Virus record (IMG/VR): IMGVR_UViG_3300025087_000092
Span: 1-51,856 of that record
DNA length: 51,856 nucleotides
DNA from: a virus
Taxonomy: Duplodnaviria > Caudoviricetes
Reading direction: 5' to 3' (one strand)
The translations under genes and the position numbers were made by a program. Under the pieces are notes generated by a model. That model was not told where the DNA came from. It ran no database searches and was given only the letters and a program-made list of their open reading frames with translations. Shown piece by piece: positions 27,131-37,569 of the stretch (its first letter is position 1; each line of letters begins with the position of its first letter).

Positions 27131-30100
27131 ATGAAGAAAATTTTGTTTTTATTTTTAATATTTGCTTGCACAGTAAGTGCTCAGGTGCAAGAAATTCGGC
27201 TTGCTTCACCAGTTACATTAACGAATATTTTTAATTATCTTTTACAACATACTAATGTTGTTGGTTCAGTTAGTAATGTTGTGGAAATGTTATCTTTGCC
27301 AAGTTTAACAAATAATGATGTCGTTATAACTGCTGGTAGAACTACAGCAGGAGATGGTGGTGGTGGTATATTTATTTGTAGTCTAGATGACGGTAGTGTT
27401 ACAAATACTGGAACTATATTTAGATATTTGTTAAGCACTAATATGTTGCTTAAAAGATTTGATACTACTCCAGTTAATATTAGATGGTTCGGCGCAACAG
27501 GGGATGGAATTACTGATGATACTGATGAAATTCAGACAACAATAGATTTTGTTCAATCAGGTAGTTTTCCATCTGCAATTAGTGGAAATGCTGTTTATTT
27601 TCCTTCTGGAACTTATAAAGTTTCTGATCAATTAAATATTACTACAAGTGGTTTGAAAATTTATGGTGATTCATGTGAGAGTTCAATGATTAAAAATTTT
27701 AATACTACTAATGCTGTATTTTATTATATAGGTGCTGCTGGTAGAATTGAATTTAATGATTTTTCTATATCACAAGATGCCAGTGTAGTTGCTGTAGCAA
27801 ATCAATGTGGTATTAGATGTGAAGCTCCTGCTGGAAATTCTGTTGCTGTTTTCGCAGAAAATGTTCATATTTATGGAACATATCGTGGCTGGTGGTTAAC
27901 GCATAATACTGAAAGTAGTTTTATTAATTGTAAAGTTAATAGTTGTGTTTCAGAAGCTTTTTATGGTGATGATTGGAATACATTATTATCGTTTATTAAT
28001 TGTTGGGGCAATACAGTTGGCATTGGGTTTAGTTTTTCAGGTTCTGGTGATATTAGTTTTATAAATTGTGCAGTTGATGTTCCATCTGATAAAGGATTTT
28101 ATTTAACTAATTGTAGTTTGGTTACTTTACAATCTTGTCCAATTGAAGCTTTTGGAACAATTGGAATACATCTAGATTCATGTTCACAAATAGATATTAA
28201 TGCAAAGTTAATTGGATTAGCTTCTGCTGTTGATGGAATACGAGTTGACGGTGGCTCTAGTATTTTATTAAATTCATGTATTGTTGATGGTAGTGTTCCA
28301 GGAACAGGCTATAGTTTAAATATAACAAATGCTGTAACTGGTTTAACAATAGTTAATGGTATTTATACAGCTTGGGGAGCTGGCATTATAAATAATGCTA
28401 CAAATGCTTTACAAATAGGCAATAATTATCTTAATAATATCGCTACAACATATGGTGTGGCGACATTTAATCGTTATATGGGTTGGGGTCTTTGTATAAA
28501 TACTGATGATCTTGTTGTAACTAATGGTTTTGCTGGTATAAATTGTAGCAATCCAAATGTAGATTTGCATGTTGGCGCTGGTGTTATATCTGGTGATTTA
28601 TTTGGTAGTGCTACATATGGCAATGGCGAACCACAAGTATTTAATACAGCTATTAGTGGAGAAGTTGGTTTTGGTCTATATACTCAAAACGCTTTTAATA
28701 GACGTGCTAAATTCTTTTTTGATGATGTTAATAATATTTGTGGCATAAGATATACAGTTGGCAGTGGTGGTTGGCCTAGTTTTACTGTTATGCGTGGAAC
28801 AACAGAAGATTTTAGAATTGATGCCGCTGGAAATATTAGTTTTTCAGGAACATTAAATGGCGCAACAAATTTAATGTCTGTAGTAGATACTATAGCTGAT
28901 ATGGTTAGTTTAAATACAATAACTAAGCAAACTAACATTGTTGTTTTAGGATATTCTTCAGTAAATGATGGTGGCGGTGGTATGTTTTATATTAAGACTG
29001 ATGATGGCAGCACGACAAATTTTGGAACAGTTTTTAGAAGTATTACAAACACAAATAAATTGTTTTGTCGTATATATGATCCTGGAACAGTTAATGTAAG
29101 ATGGTTTGGAGCAGGACTTGGCGGAGATGATTATGCTAGGATAACAAATGCTATTGGTTGTCTTTCTACTGGTGGCAGGCTTTATTTTGATGCTGGTAAT
29201 TACTTAATTTCTAAGCGTATTGTTATTGATACTGTTGGATTTCAAGGACTTGATATTTGCGGTCCAAGTCCAACAACAGCAACAATTACTTGCACTGCTG
29301 ATACGGGAGCATTTTTGATTAATGATTCTCATTTTGTTAAAATTCGCAATTTGAAGATTGTTGGACCAAATAGCGGAACCGTGCATGGAATTGAGCTTAC
29401 TAGTGCATGGTATTGTGAAATTGATACTTGTTGGATTTATACATTTGGTGGTTCTGGGATTTATTTTAGTGGCGCAATGGGCGCAAGTCATACTTGTTAT
29501 ATTCGTGATTGCTTTGTAACAGATAATCTTGGAGATCAAATTTCATCTGCTGATTGTGCGGTAAATGCTTTACATATTAGTGGCGGCGAATGCAGAACTG
29601 CAATTACTAATACTATTTCAGGAATTAGTGTTAGCGGAACAGATATTACGGTTCGCGATGTAACTATTGAATCAGTTGGAAATGGCATTACTATTCCTGG
29701 CGGATCTGGTTCATTTAATTATTTAATTGACGGCTGTTATTTTGAAGGAATTTTAACTAATTGTATTCAATTATGCACAGCAGGAAATGCACAAGGAGTC
29801 CAGTTAGTTGGTAATTATATGAATCTTGATAGTGCAATTTGTGGAATTTATGGTGAAAGTGGAAGTAGAACTATTCGTGGATTATTTATTAATGGCAACA
29901 CGTTTTCTGGAATTCCAAGTGGAACTTATAATATTGATCTTTCACAAATATTTCAGTTAAGTGAATGTTTCATAACTTCAGCAAATGGTGAAACACCATC
30001 TACACATTATAATATGCCTACTGCTAGTGCTATTGTTAAATATATGATATTTGGTCGCGATGGCATATTTATTGATAAACTTACTGGAGAAGCTGATATT

Positions 30101-32284
30101 GAAGCTGCAAATGCAACGTTCAGTAGTTTTGTAAAATCTGCTGGCATTACAAATACAGCAATGACTGCTGGAAGAATTTTATTGAGTGACACTGGTGGAT
30201 TAATGACAAATTCTTCAGCATTTACATGGGTTGGAACTAATATTGGAGTTGGCACAACAACTCCTACACAGCATAGATTAGTAGTTGCTGGAGGAACAAA
30301 AGGATTTGCAGTAGGAACAACTGATTATATTTATGGCGGAGCTGGAAGTTGTTTATTAACTCGTCCAGTTGTTGATACTGGTGATTGTTGGATGGAATTA
30401 GTTTCTTTGATTACTGGTGCAACAGCATATAATGGACTTTCAGTTGCAAGATTAGGAGGAAACTTTGGTTTAGGTATTGCTTCGGTTGGAGCAAATGCTG
30501 ATAAAGTCTTTAGTCATGGAAATGGCACTCTTCCCACAACAGTTGTAGCTGATGGTTATCAATTATATTCTGCTGATCTTGGTGGAGTAAATGGTAAAGC
30601 AGCTCCGCATATTTATACTGAAGACGGTGCAAAACATGTCTTTGGAAGTTATGTTGGAATTGGCACAACAAATCCAGCAGCTACATTAAATGTTGTTTCA
30701 TCTGATATTAATGCTAGTTTATTTTTAGATACTTATGATAATGGTGCAAATTCTAGTGATTTTTCTTTTAGAAAATCAAAAACTGATACTAAAGATACAC
30801 TAGTTGAAACTGTTGATGGAGATATACTTGGAATTATAAATTTTATTGGTGTTGATTCTGGAGTTAATAGAGATAGTGGAGCACAAATATATGTTAAACA
30901 ATTAGGTGCTTCTGGAACTTATGTTCCAAGTCAAATTATATTTAGAACTTGGGGCAGTTCTGCATTAAATGATAATGCTTTAGTTATACATACAAACGGC
31001 AACCTCGGCATCGGCACGACGGAACCTGTGGCTAATTTTGATATATTTTCTGATAATCTATCAGCGGCGGCGTTTAGAATTACCAGGCTTAGTGGTCCGG
31101 CAAATTATCTTTCAATTTCTCCTCCACACGGAACCGCAACGGCAAGTAAATTCATAGTAAGTGGTCAAACTGTAGTAACCATGTATTCTAATCAAGGAAT
31201 TGGAATTGGAGATTATGCTGATGTGAATACCGCACCTCCATCTAAAGGATTGATAGTAAGCGGCAACCTCGGCATTGGAATAACTAATCCTGTATCCAAA
31301 CTACACGTAGCTGGCAATGCTATATTACAGAATGCAACTACTCCCACAGCATTTAAAATTCATAATACATATACAGATGCTACTAACTTGCAATACCTCG
31401 ATATGTCTGCACGGACCAATAATTCGATGTTCATCGGGCCAGTGTCATTGGGCACGGCAGGCACGAATGTTCAGATGGTGATTGCGAGTGCTGGGAGTAG
31501 CAATATCACGTTTCAGACGGCCGGCACGGATCGAATGGTGATTGATGGAAGTGGTAAGGTAGGGATCGGAATAGGAAGTCCAGGGGGGGTGCTCCATTTA
31601 CACGAACCAACCGCTGTCACCCCAATCAAATTGATAATTAACAATGCTTACACGGGCAGTGCTAGCACAGATGGATTCGGCTTAAGCGTGGATGAAGTAG
31701 GCACCGCGTTTGTGGATCAAAAGGAAGCCGCTAGCCTGATTTTTAGAACGGCGGGAACAGAAAAAATGAAAATCGCGAGCGCCGGAAATGTCGGCATTGC
31801 AACCAGTTATCCTAAAGCGAAACTACATATTGCCGGAGACGTGGCTTTTGCCAACACATCGACCAATGTTGATCGCTATCGCTTAGTATCCGCTCCCAAA
31901 GCTCTAACCGACGGCGGAACGGACAACATTGTGTTAATCACCTGTCCAACGAACCTATTTACCGGCGGCACAATTTATTATACCATTAATGCACTTGATG
32001 TATCTAATGATGGCCAAGCTGAACGTGGTCAGGTTGAGTATGCGCTACACAACAAAGACGGCGCTGGCACACCTACTATTACCGAGCATGACAGCATACA
32101 ATCGTTGAGTGCAGGCTCGCTAGCAACAACGTGGAGTGCTACATTGACAAGTGGCACGAATCTCGTTATAACGCTTGCTGCTGATACAAGCTTAACACCG
32201 GTTGTGGGCGCAGCCGGATTTGGTATCACTTACACCGTGCAGCAAGACCCGAATGCGACACATTCAACAATTACTCCGCAGTAA
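27131..32284 (+). CDS. Large tailspike/fibre with N-terminal signal peptide, two beta-helix modules and GNxGIG fibre repeats
   Basis: Duplicated DGGGGxF ... VN(I/V)RWFGA ... YFxxGxY pectate-lyase-3-like starts; repeated (N/K)xGIGTTxP; MKKILFLFLIFACTVSA-Q leader. Confidence 0.85.
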   Translation: MKKILFLFLIFACTVSAQVQEIRLASPVTLTNIFNYLLQHTNVVGSVSNVVEMLSLPSLTNNDVVITAGRTTAGDGGGGIFICSLDDGSVTNTGTIFRYLLSTNMLLKRFDTTPVNIRWFGATGDGITDDTDEIQTTIDFVQSGSFPSAISGNAVYFPSGTYKVSDQLNITTSGLKIYGDSCESSMIKNFNTTNAVFYYIGAAGRIEFNDFSISQDASVVAVANQCGIRCEAPAGNSVAVFAENVHIYGTYRGWWLTHNTESSFINCKVNSCVSEAFYGDDWNTLLSFINCWGNTVGIGFSFSGSGDISFINCAVDVPSDKGFYLTNCSLVTLQSCPIEAFGTIGIHLDSCSQIDINAKLIGLASAVDGIRVDGGSSILLNSCIVDGSVPGTGYSLNITNAVTGLTIVNGIYTAWGAGIINNATNALQIGNNYLNNIATTYGVATFNRYMGWGLCINTDDLVVTNGFAGINCSNPNVDLHVGAGVISGDLFGSATYGNGEPQVFNTAISGEVGFGLYTQNAFNRRAKFFFDDVNNICGIRYTVGSGGWPSFTVMRGTTEDFRIDAAGNISFSGTLNGATNLMSVVDTIADMVSLNTITKQTNIVVLGYSSVNDGGGGMFYIKTDDGSTTNFGTVFRSITNTNKLFCRIYDPGTVNVRWFGAGLGGDDYARITNAIGCLSTGGRLYFDAGNYLISKRIVIDTVGFQGLDICGPSPTTATITCTADTGAFLINDSHFVKIRNLKIVGPNSGTVHGIELTSAWYCEIDTCWIYTFGGSGIYFSGAMGASHTCYIRDCFVTDNLGDQISSADCAVNALHISGGECRTAITNTISGISVSGTDITVRDVTIESVGNGITIPGGSGSFNYLIDGCYFEGILTNCIQLCTAGNAQGVQLVGNYMNLDSAICGIYGESGSRTIRGLFINGNTFSGIPSGTYNIDLSQIFQLSECFITSANGETPSTHYNMPTASAIVKYMIFGRDGIFIDKLTGEADIEAANATFSSFVKSAGITNTAMTAGRILLSDTGGLMTNSSAFTWVGTNIGVGTTTPTQHRLVVAGGTKGFAVGTTDYIYGGAGSCLLTRPVVDTGDCWMELVSLITGATAYNGLSVARLGGNFGLGIASVGANADKVFSHGNGTLPTTVVADGYQLYSADLGGVNGKAAPHIYTEDGAKHVFGSYVGIGTTNPAATLNVVSSDINASLFLDTYDNGANSSDFSFRKSKTDTKDTLVETVDGDILGIINFIGVDSGVNRDSGAQIYVKQLGASGTYVPSQIIFRTWGSSALNDNALVIHTNGNLGIGTTEPVANFDIFSDNLSAAAFRITRLSGPANYLSISPPHGTATASKFIVSGQTVVTMYSNQGIGIGDYADVNTAPPSKGLIVSGNLGIGITNPVSKLHVAGNAILQNATTPTAFKIHNTYTDATNLQYLDMSARTNNSMFIGPVSLGTAGTNVQMVIASAGSSNITFQTAGTDRMVIDGSGKVGIGIGSPGGVLHLHEPTAVTPIKLIINNAYTGSASTDGFGLSVDEVGTAFVDQKEAASLIFRTAGTEKMKIASAGNVGIATSYPKAKLHIAGDVAFANTSTNVDRYRLVSAPKALTDGGTDNIVLITCPTNLFTGGTIYYTINALDVSNDGQAERGQVEYALHNKDGAGTPTITEHDSIQSLSAGSLATTWSATLTSGTNLVITLAADTSLTPVVGAAGFGITYTVQQDPNATHSTITPQ

Positions 32285-32544
32285 TGAAAGAAGACACATT
32301 TAATAAGATTATTAAAGCTTGGCCATTAATAATAGCTGTTGTTGGTTTTATTGCTATTATTAGTGTTATGCAATATAGATTAACAGCTAATGAAACATTG
32401 GATTTTATAGATCATACAAAATTTAAAGAACAAATGATTATTAATAGAGAACTATTAATAAAAATTGAGAAAGATGTTGGTTATTTAAAAAATCATATAG
32501 ATAATTTTTTAGAGCAAACAAAAAGAAAGGAAACAAAACCATGA
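32284..32544 (+). CDS. Single-TM coiled-coil membrane protein (holin-like)
   Basis: WPLIIAVVGFIAIISVM transmembrane segment followed by a coiled coil. Confidence 0.5.
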   Translation: MKEDTFNKIIKAWPLIIAVVGFIAIISVMQYRLTANETLDFIDHTKFKEQMIINRELLIKIEKDVGYLKNHIDNFLEQTKRKETKP

Positions 32545-32735
32545 CTACTATAATTAAAATTCTAACATTGGCCGCCAAAATATTTGGTGTTGTTGTTATG
32601 ATTGATTGGACAACTTTTTCACCTAAGTGGGGTGTAGCAATTTTTATGATTGCTTCTATTGCTAAAGATACAATAAATAGGATAGGTGATTATCTTGATG
32701 ATAAATTGCTAAATAATTCATTTAAAACATCATGA
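32541..32735 (+). CDS. Putative holin (2 TM)
   Basis: Two hydrophobic segments and a charged C-terminus. Confidence 0.55.
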   Translation: MTTIIKILTLAAKIFGVVVMIDWTTFSPKWGVAIFMIASIAKDTINRIGDYLDDKLLNNSFKTS

Positions 32736-32917
32736 ATTGGTTAATAACCATACCAAAAATTATATTAATGGCATTACAAATTTTTTATGAAGTTCTTCAA
32801 GCATTTAAAACTGCTAAAAATTATGAAGAACTTGAGCGTGCTAACAATGCTGTTCGTGATGCTATTAAACGGGTGCGGAACGACGGTGGAGTTAACGGAA
32901 TACAAAAGATTAATTAA
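32732..32917 (+). CDS. Putative i-spanin (Rz-like)
   Basis: N-terminal hydrophobic helix plus short coiled coil; overlaps the lipoprotein gene. Confidence 0.5.
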   Translation: MNWLITIPKIILMALQIFYEVLQAFKTAKNYEELERANNAVRDAIKRVRNDGGVNGIQKIN

Positions 32918-33023
32918 TCATCCGCAATTCCCAGCCGCAGTTAATGCCGCACCAGAGTTTGTCGAGGATTGTCTTATTACTATAAATAAGTGGGAATGGG
33001 AAGCAAAAAGAAAACATGAGTAG
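32823..33023 (+). CDS. Lipoprotein, putative o-spanin (Rz1-like)
   Basis: MKNLSVLTMLFVMLLNG-C lipobox; starts inside the preceding gene in another frame. Confidence 0.6.
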   Translation: MKNLSVLTMLFVMLLNGCGTTVELTEYKRLINHPQFPAAVNAAPEFVEDCLITINKWEWEAKRKHE

Positions 33024-33582
33024 TAATTATTGGCTAACTACAGCACCAGCCGTTCGAGATACTACTAAGGAAAAGTTTCTCGTGACGGCTGGTGAAATTA
33101 AAAAATTAAATCATTATTTTGTGTTGCCAACATTTAGTATTGTTGGTGTTCCTTGGTATGGGGTTTCGCATGAAGTTGCACAATTTAATTATTCAGCAAC
33201 GCAACCATTTTCAGTTATTGACATCAGTGGATTTAGTTCTCAATTTTGTCCTTGTATTAAATGGCGCCATAATAATATAGTTTATCGCTATAAATTATGG
33301 GATGATGTAAATGAAATTTTACACGCGCCGCTCTATAATGCTGAAGAAATTGGTGCAAATTTTTGTATAGAAATATGGAATGTAGATGGAGTTGTTAATA
33401 TTAATTTATTGCAGGATAAATTAATAATAACAAGTATATTAACTATTCCTAATCCAATAAATCAAACTGGTCAAATTCTTGAATGCAGTTCAAGTCCAAT
33501 AATTATCGCAGATTTATTTTTTAATGTTCCGTTTAATTTACCTCAAACACTTAACCCAAGCCAATATTGGCTAAATAATTAA
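33016..33582 (+). CDS. Hypothetical virion protein
   Basis: 188-aa ORF in the structural arm. Confidence 0.6.
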   Translation: MSSNYWLTTAPAVRDTTKEKFLVTAGEIKKLNHYFVLPTFSIVGVPWYGVSHEVAQFNYSATQPFSVIDISGFSSQFCPCIKWRHNNIVYRYKLWDDVNEILHAPLYNAEEIGANFCIEIWNVDGVVNINLLQDKLIITSILTIPNPINQTGQILECSSSPIIIADLFFNVPFNLPQTLNPSQYWLNN

Positions 33583-33583
33583 T

Positions 33584-36262
33584 ATGCCAGCCAGCGATCA
33601 AGATATTGTAAAAGGTGTAGATTTTACCGGTATTCCGCAAGCAAATGCTGCGTTGTTAAATCAACATGTTGATGAAGCTGATGTAGCTGCTGATAAAGGT
33701 TTAATTGTAACTACAACAGACACTGCTGAAGAAGTTCCAGATTTGCCTGATGTTGTTACATATTCTAAATTTAAGCGTTATATTTGGCGCAGAATTCCGT
33801 TTAATACGCTTGCTGATCAACAACCAAGACTTTATACTTGGGATGATAATGCTGCTGTTGATCCAATATTAAGTCAGTGGGCTTTACTTAATCAAAGTGA
33901 AATAGCTTTAATGGTTGCTGATGAAGTTGATGCTTATATTGAGTCAGGCGTTTTACCGGTTCCTGATAAAAGTGTAACGCCAAGAAAAACAAATTTTGAT
34001 TACGAAATAACTGGCTGGGGTGATACAATAAGACTTGCTGGAAAGTTACCAGTTTTTGATATTATTATCAAAAAACCAATTTTTGATCCTAGAGCATTTG
34101 GAGCGTTTGATGATGGCACAGAACCTGTCGGTGGAAATTCTGCTGCATTTAGACGTGCAATTTATGCTGCTGCTGCGGCTGGTGGAATAATAAAAGTTTC
34201 ATCTGGGTTATATATTATTGATCTTCACGATGAAAATGAAGTCTATGGTGTAGATGAAAGCACTCCTTATATGCCAACTATTGGTGGAGTTGCCTGTTGT
34301 TATCAAGATAGAAATCCATCAAAAGGCGGTTTAGGTGCTAAACTAGCTTGTTTTGCAATACCATTGCTTGATAATACAATTTTAACATCAGATGGTGGCG
34401 CAATATTGCAAATTAAAGCTAATACAATACCAGCTAATAATGTTATTGATAATATTATTTTTACTGCTCGTGGTAGAATAAATGTTATCATTGAAAACTT
34501 AATAATGGACGGTAATTCTGATGTTCAAGCATTGCGAAGAAATAATGCTGCATATCCAACTTTTACTGTTGTAGATGGAAACGGAGATAAATGGGTTGCA
34601 CTTGGTAATAAATCTATTTTACGCTATTGCACATTTAGAAATACAGTTGGTCTTGCAATGCTTACCAGTGCTAATACAATAGTTGACTATGTTCCTTGTT
34701 TGACTCTTGATTATGGTCGCAGTGAAATGTTTGCTGTTGCTTGTGTTAGTGATAATGAAATTTATGGTAATAAGTTTGATAAACTTTTTACTGCTGGTAT
34801 AGCTGTTTCTGGGTCAAAAAACAAAATTTATAATAATGAATTTTCTAATGTTTTAGGTATTAATGTTGGTTTAAGCCATCCGCGTTTTTCTAGTTTATCA
34901 AACAATAATATGGCTTATTGGCTTGATTATAAATTTAATCCACAAACTTATTATAGAGGTTATAATGTTGGAACAATATTAGCTTTAAATAAGCCTTTCT
35001 TTGGTAATGGTTTAACTGATGCACAACTAGCTTTGTTAGAAGCTAATGATAATTTTCTTGATTCTGCTTGGAATTATTGGGTTCTTGAGAATGTTATTGA
35101 AGGAAATATATTTAAGAATTTTGGCTGGCATGCAGTTAATCTTGAATTTTCTGCCGGAACTGTTGTTAAAAATAATACATTTAGATATGGAGTGCCAAAG
35201 TTACTTCGTGTGCCAACAGGTTTAACTAATTTTAATTATCCAGATGGCGAAAGTTCAATATTTAAATATACAGGTATGGATTGTGTTGTTGGCAGTGGTG
35301 TTAATATTGATATAACTATTGATAGTAATACAATTTTTATGTCAAATGAAAATCGTATTAATGGCACATATGATGATGATTTAAAATATAATAGCGATCC
35401 GTTTAGGCGACCAATTAGACCATTTGTTTTACGTGGCTATAACTATTTGTTTGGTTTTAAATTATCTCAGCCAGCGGCTGAATATCAAGAACAACGAAGT
35501 CAAGAATGTATTTGCATAACAAATAACATAATTAAGCCGGCTGTAAATAGAAGTGCAACTACGCTTGATTCTGGTTATGAAGCGCAAGCAATAGAATTGT
35601 TTGGTATTGCATATCCAAATACTAATAATAATGCTGTAGAATCACCATATTATCGTGGTGGTGCTTGCAGTATGAATGCATGTAATAAAGCTGTAACAGA
35701 ATTTGAGCTTAATGAATTATTGCCAATGTTTAATGTTGGTTTAAGACTTTGTTTCAAGGGCTCAGGGCGATTTATTAATAAAAATTTTGATCCACTCGTT
35801 GATCCAAATAGTCAAGAATATCAAACTGTATATCGTAATACACCAACCAATTATTATGGCACAAGACGCAGAACAATTCGCCAATTAATCTTGCGACGTA
35901 ATGCAATGTGGCAGATAGACTGTAATATTAAAATTACAAAATCTGATGATGCTGCATATTTAGCACATATAGCTGGACAGATTCATTTTAAATACACAGC
36001 AGCAGCTTTTGAATATAATAATGAAATTAGTTTGCTTGATTTTCGTGATGGTTGCATTGAGTTTTTGCCAGTTCATGATGGATTATTGCCAGGTAATTTA
36101 TATGCTAATCACACCAATCAACTTACACCAGCTTATCGTGGTGGAATAAATGTATATTATAGTCCATATGTTGTAGATGAGTATGGTTGCACTAGCAATA
36201 CTGTAGTTTCTATGAATAACAATCTTGTTATTGATTTTCAATGGAACATTAAGGAGGTATAA
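33584..36262 (+). CDS. Second tailspike-like beta-helix protein
   Basis: FDPRAFGAFDDG..NSAAFRRAI..GGIIKVSSGLY start; IEGNxF / VKNNTF coil repeats; no signal peptide. Confidence 0.8.
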   Translation: MPASDQDIVKGVDFTGIPQANAALLNQHVDEADVAADKGLIVTTTDTAEEVPDLPDVVTYSKFKRYIWRRIPFNTLADQQPRLYTWDDNAAVDPILSQWALLNQSEIALMVADEVDAYIESGVLPVPDKSVTPRKTNFDYEITGWGDTIRLAGKLPVFDIIIKKPIFDPRAFGAFDDGTEPVGGNSAAFRRAIYAAAAAGGIIKVSSGLYIIDLHDENEVYGVDESTPYMPTIGGVACCYQDRNPSKGGLGAKLACFAIPLLDNTILTSDGGAILQIKANTIPANNVIDNIIFTARGRINVIIENLIMDGNSDVQALRRNNAAYPTFTVVDGNGDKWVALGNKSILRYCTFRNTVGLAMLTSANTIVDYVPCLTLDYGRSEMFAVACVSDNEIYGNKFDKLFTAGIAVSGSKNKIYNNEFSNVLGINVGLSHPRFSSLSNNNMAYWLDYKFNPQTYYRGYNVGTILALNKPFFGNGLTDAQLALLEANDNFLDSAWNYWVLENVIEGNIFKNFGWHAVNLEFSAGTVVKNNTFRYGVPKLLRVPTGLTNFNYPDGESSIFKYTGMDCVVGSGVNIDITIDSNTIFMSNENRINGTYDDDLKYNSDPFRRPIRPFVLRGYNYLFGFKLSQPAAEYQEQRSQECICITNNIIKPAVNRSATTLDSGYEAQAIELFGIAYPNTNNNAVESPYYRGGACSMNACNKAVTEFELNELLPMFNVGLRLCFKGSGRFINKNFDPLVDPNSQEYQTVYRNTPTNYYGTRRRTIRQLILRRNAMWQIDCNIKITKSDDAAYLAHIAGQIHFKYTAAAFEYNNEISLLDFRDGCIEFLPVHDGLLPGNLYANHTNQLTPAYRGGINVYYSPYVVDEYGCTSNTVVSMNNNLVIDFQWNIKEV

Positions 36263-36264
36263 TT

Positions 36265-37569
36265 ATGTTATTTTCACGTGATAATAAAATTCAAGTTGAA
36301 TTAGCTAGACTTACTTCAAGTTTTGATTTAGTTGATAAATATACAATTTGGCATGATGGTGTAGTTGCGCCAAATGGTGTAAACAATCTTCGATGGACTA
36401 CTTTTGGCGGCGGATTTGGTATATCTGGTGGTTCTAGTATATTTACATTAGTTGCTATTGTTAAATATGATCCTTATCCGCCCGGTAAATATACAACTAT
36501 TCCGTATCAAGCTCATATTTTTGGTTATAAGGCTAATACAGGTATTGAGTTTGGTATTAATCCAGATGTTACTAATTTTGCACTTGGGCATCCAGAACAA
36601 ATTGAAGATGCTTATGGACAACAAGTAATATTTGGTAATGCAACAAATCAAGCACCTGGATTTTTGCCTTATGTTAATTTGTGGCAAAATCAATCAAATC
36701 AAGAATGGGCTTTTGTTGTAATACAACAAAATGGAAATAAGCAGCGAATTTTTGTTAATGGTTTAAGTGCTGGTGATTTAACTATTAATCCTGAGCCTGT
36801 GACTGGTGTTGAATCTGTTGGACCAAATATACACAGCTACGCGCCATCAGTTACAAATCAAGATTGGGATGCTTCATCTAGCGGTGTTTATTGGGGAATG
36901 AGTCGTTTTGCTATGTTAATGGGCTTTAGTAGAATATTAACTAAGCAGGAATTATTTGATATTTATGCAATGTGTAAGTATGGCAAAGGTTATGCAATTA
37001 GTAGGCAAAATCTTGAAATTATGTGGTTAGGCCGACGTGATTCAATAACTGCTGCTGATATTCAAACTATATTTATTGATAAGCGTAAAGTTACTGTTGA
37101 TCCTGTAACTGATATTTTTTCGACGACTGCTGTGCAACCGCATGGATTTTCTGATGGAGATCGTGTAGCTTTTACATCAGATGGAACATTGCCTGATCCT
37201 GTTGTAGCTGAACGCACTTATTTTGTTAATGTATTAGGCACATTAAATACATTTAAAATTTATCTAACTGAAGCACTTGCTCTTGCTGGTGCAGGTGGAG
37301 AAATTAATATAACTAATGTTGGAATTGGTAATCATTGTTGTGCAGAATATTCTACATGGCGCACAGAAATTCCTGATTTATCTGGACATGCAAGACATGG
37401 TAGGCTTTATACACCAAAATATGATTGGGAATTATTAATTGGTGGTTTAAGTATTGATTCTGGATTTTATTATCCTCGATTTTGGAAAGATGATAATTTA
37501 CATTATGATGGTAGTGCATATAATAATCCAATTATGGAAATTCCTAGTTATGGAGTTAGCTTCTCATGA
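36265..37569 (+). CDS. Virion protein with ConA/LamG-like domain and inserted small beta-barrel
   Basis: WAFVVI..RIFVNG..FSRILTKQE (LamG-like); HGFSDGDRVxFTSxGTLP..TYFV module. Confidence 0.6.
   Translation: MLFSRDNKIQVELARLTSSFDLVDKYTIWHDGVVAPNGVNNLRWTTFGGGFGISGGSSIFTLVAIVKYDPYPPGKYTTIPYQAHIFGYKANTGIEFGINPDVTNFALGHPEQIEDAYGQQVIFGNATNQAPGFLPYVNLWQNQSNQEWAFVVIQQNGNKQRIFVNGLSAGDLTINPEPVTGVESVGPNIHSYAPSVTNQDWDASSSGVYWGMSRFAMLMGFSRILTKQELFDIYAMCKYGKGYAISRQNLEIMWLGRRDSITAADIQTIFIDKRKVTVDPVTDIFSTTAVQPHGFSDGDRVAFTSDGTLPDPVVAERTYFVNVLGTLNTFKIYLTEALALAGAGGEINITNVGIGNHCCAEYSTWRTEIPDLSGHARHGRLYTPKYDWELLIGGLSIDSGFYYPRFWKDDNLHYDGSAYNNPIMEIPSYGVSFS

Noticed and set aside
36980-36996. ATGGCAAAGGTTATGCA GG-N10-GC match (similar weak hits near 19880 and 41760)
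   Set aside because: Mid-gene, departs from TGGCAY, and far from any downstream start; expected by chance.
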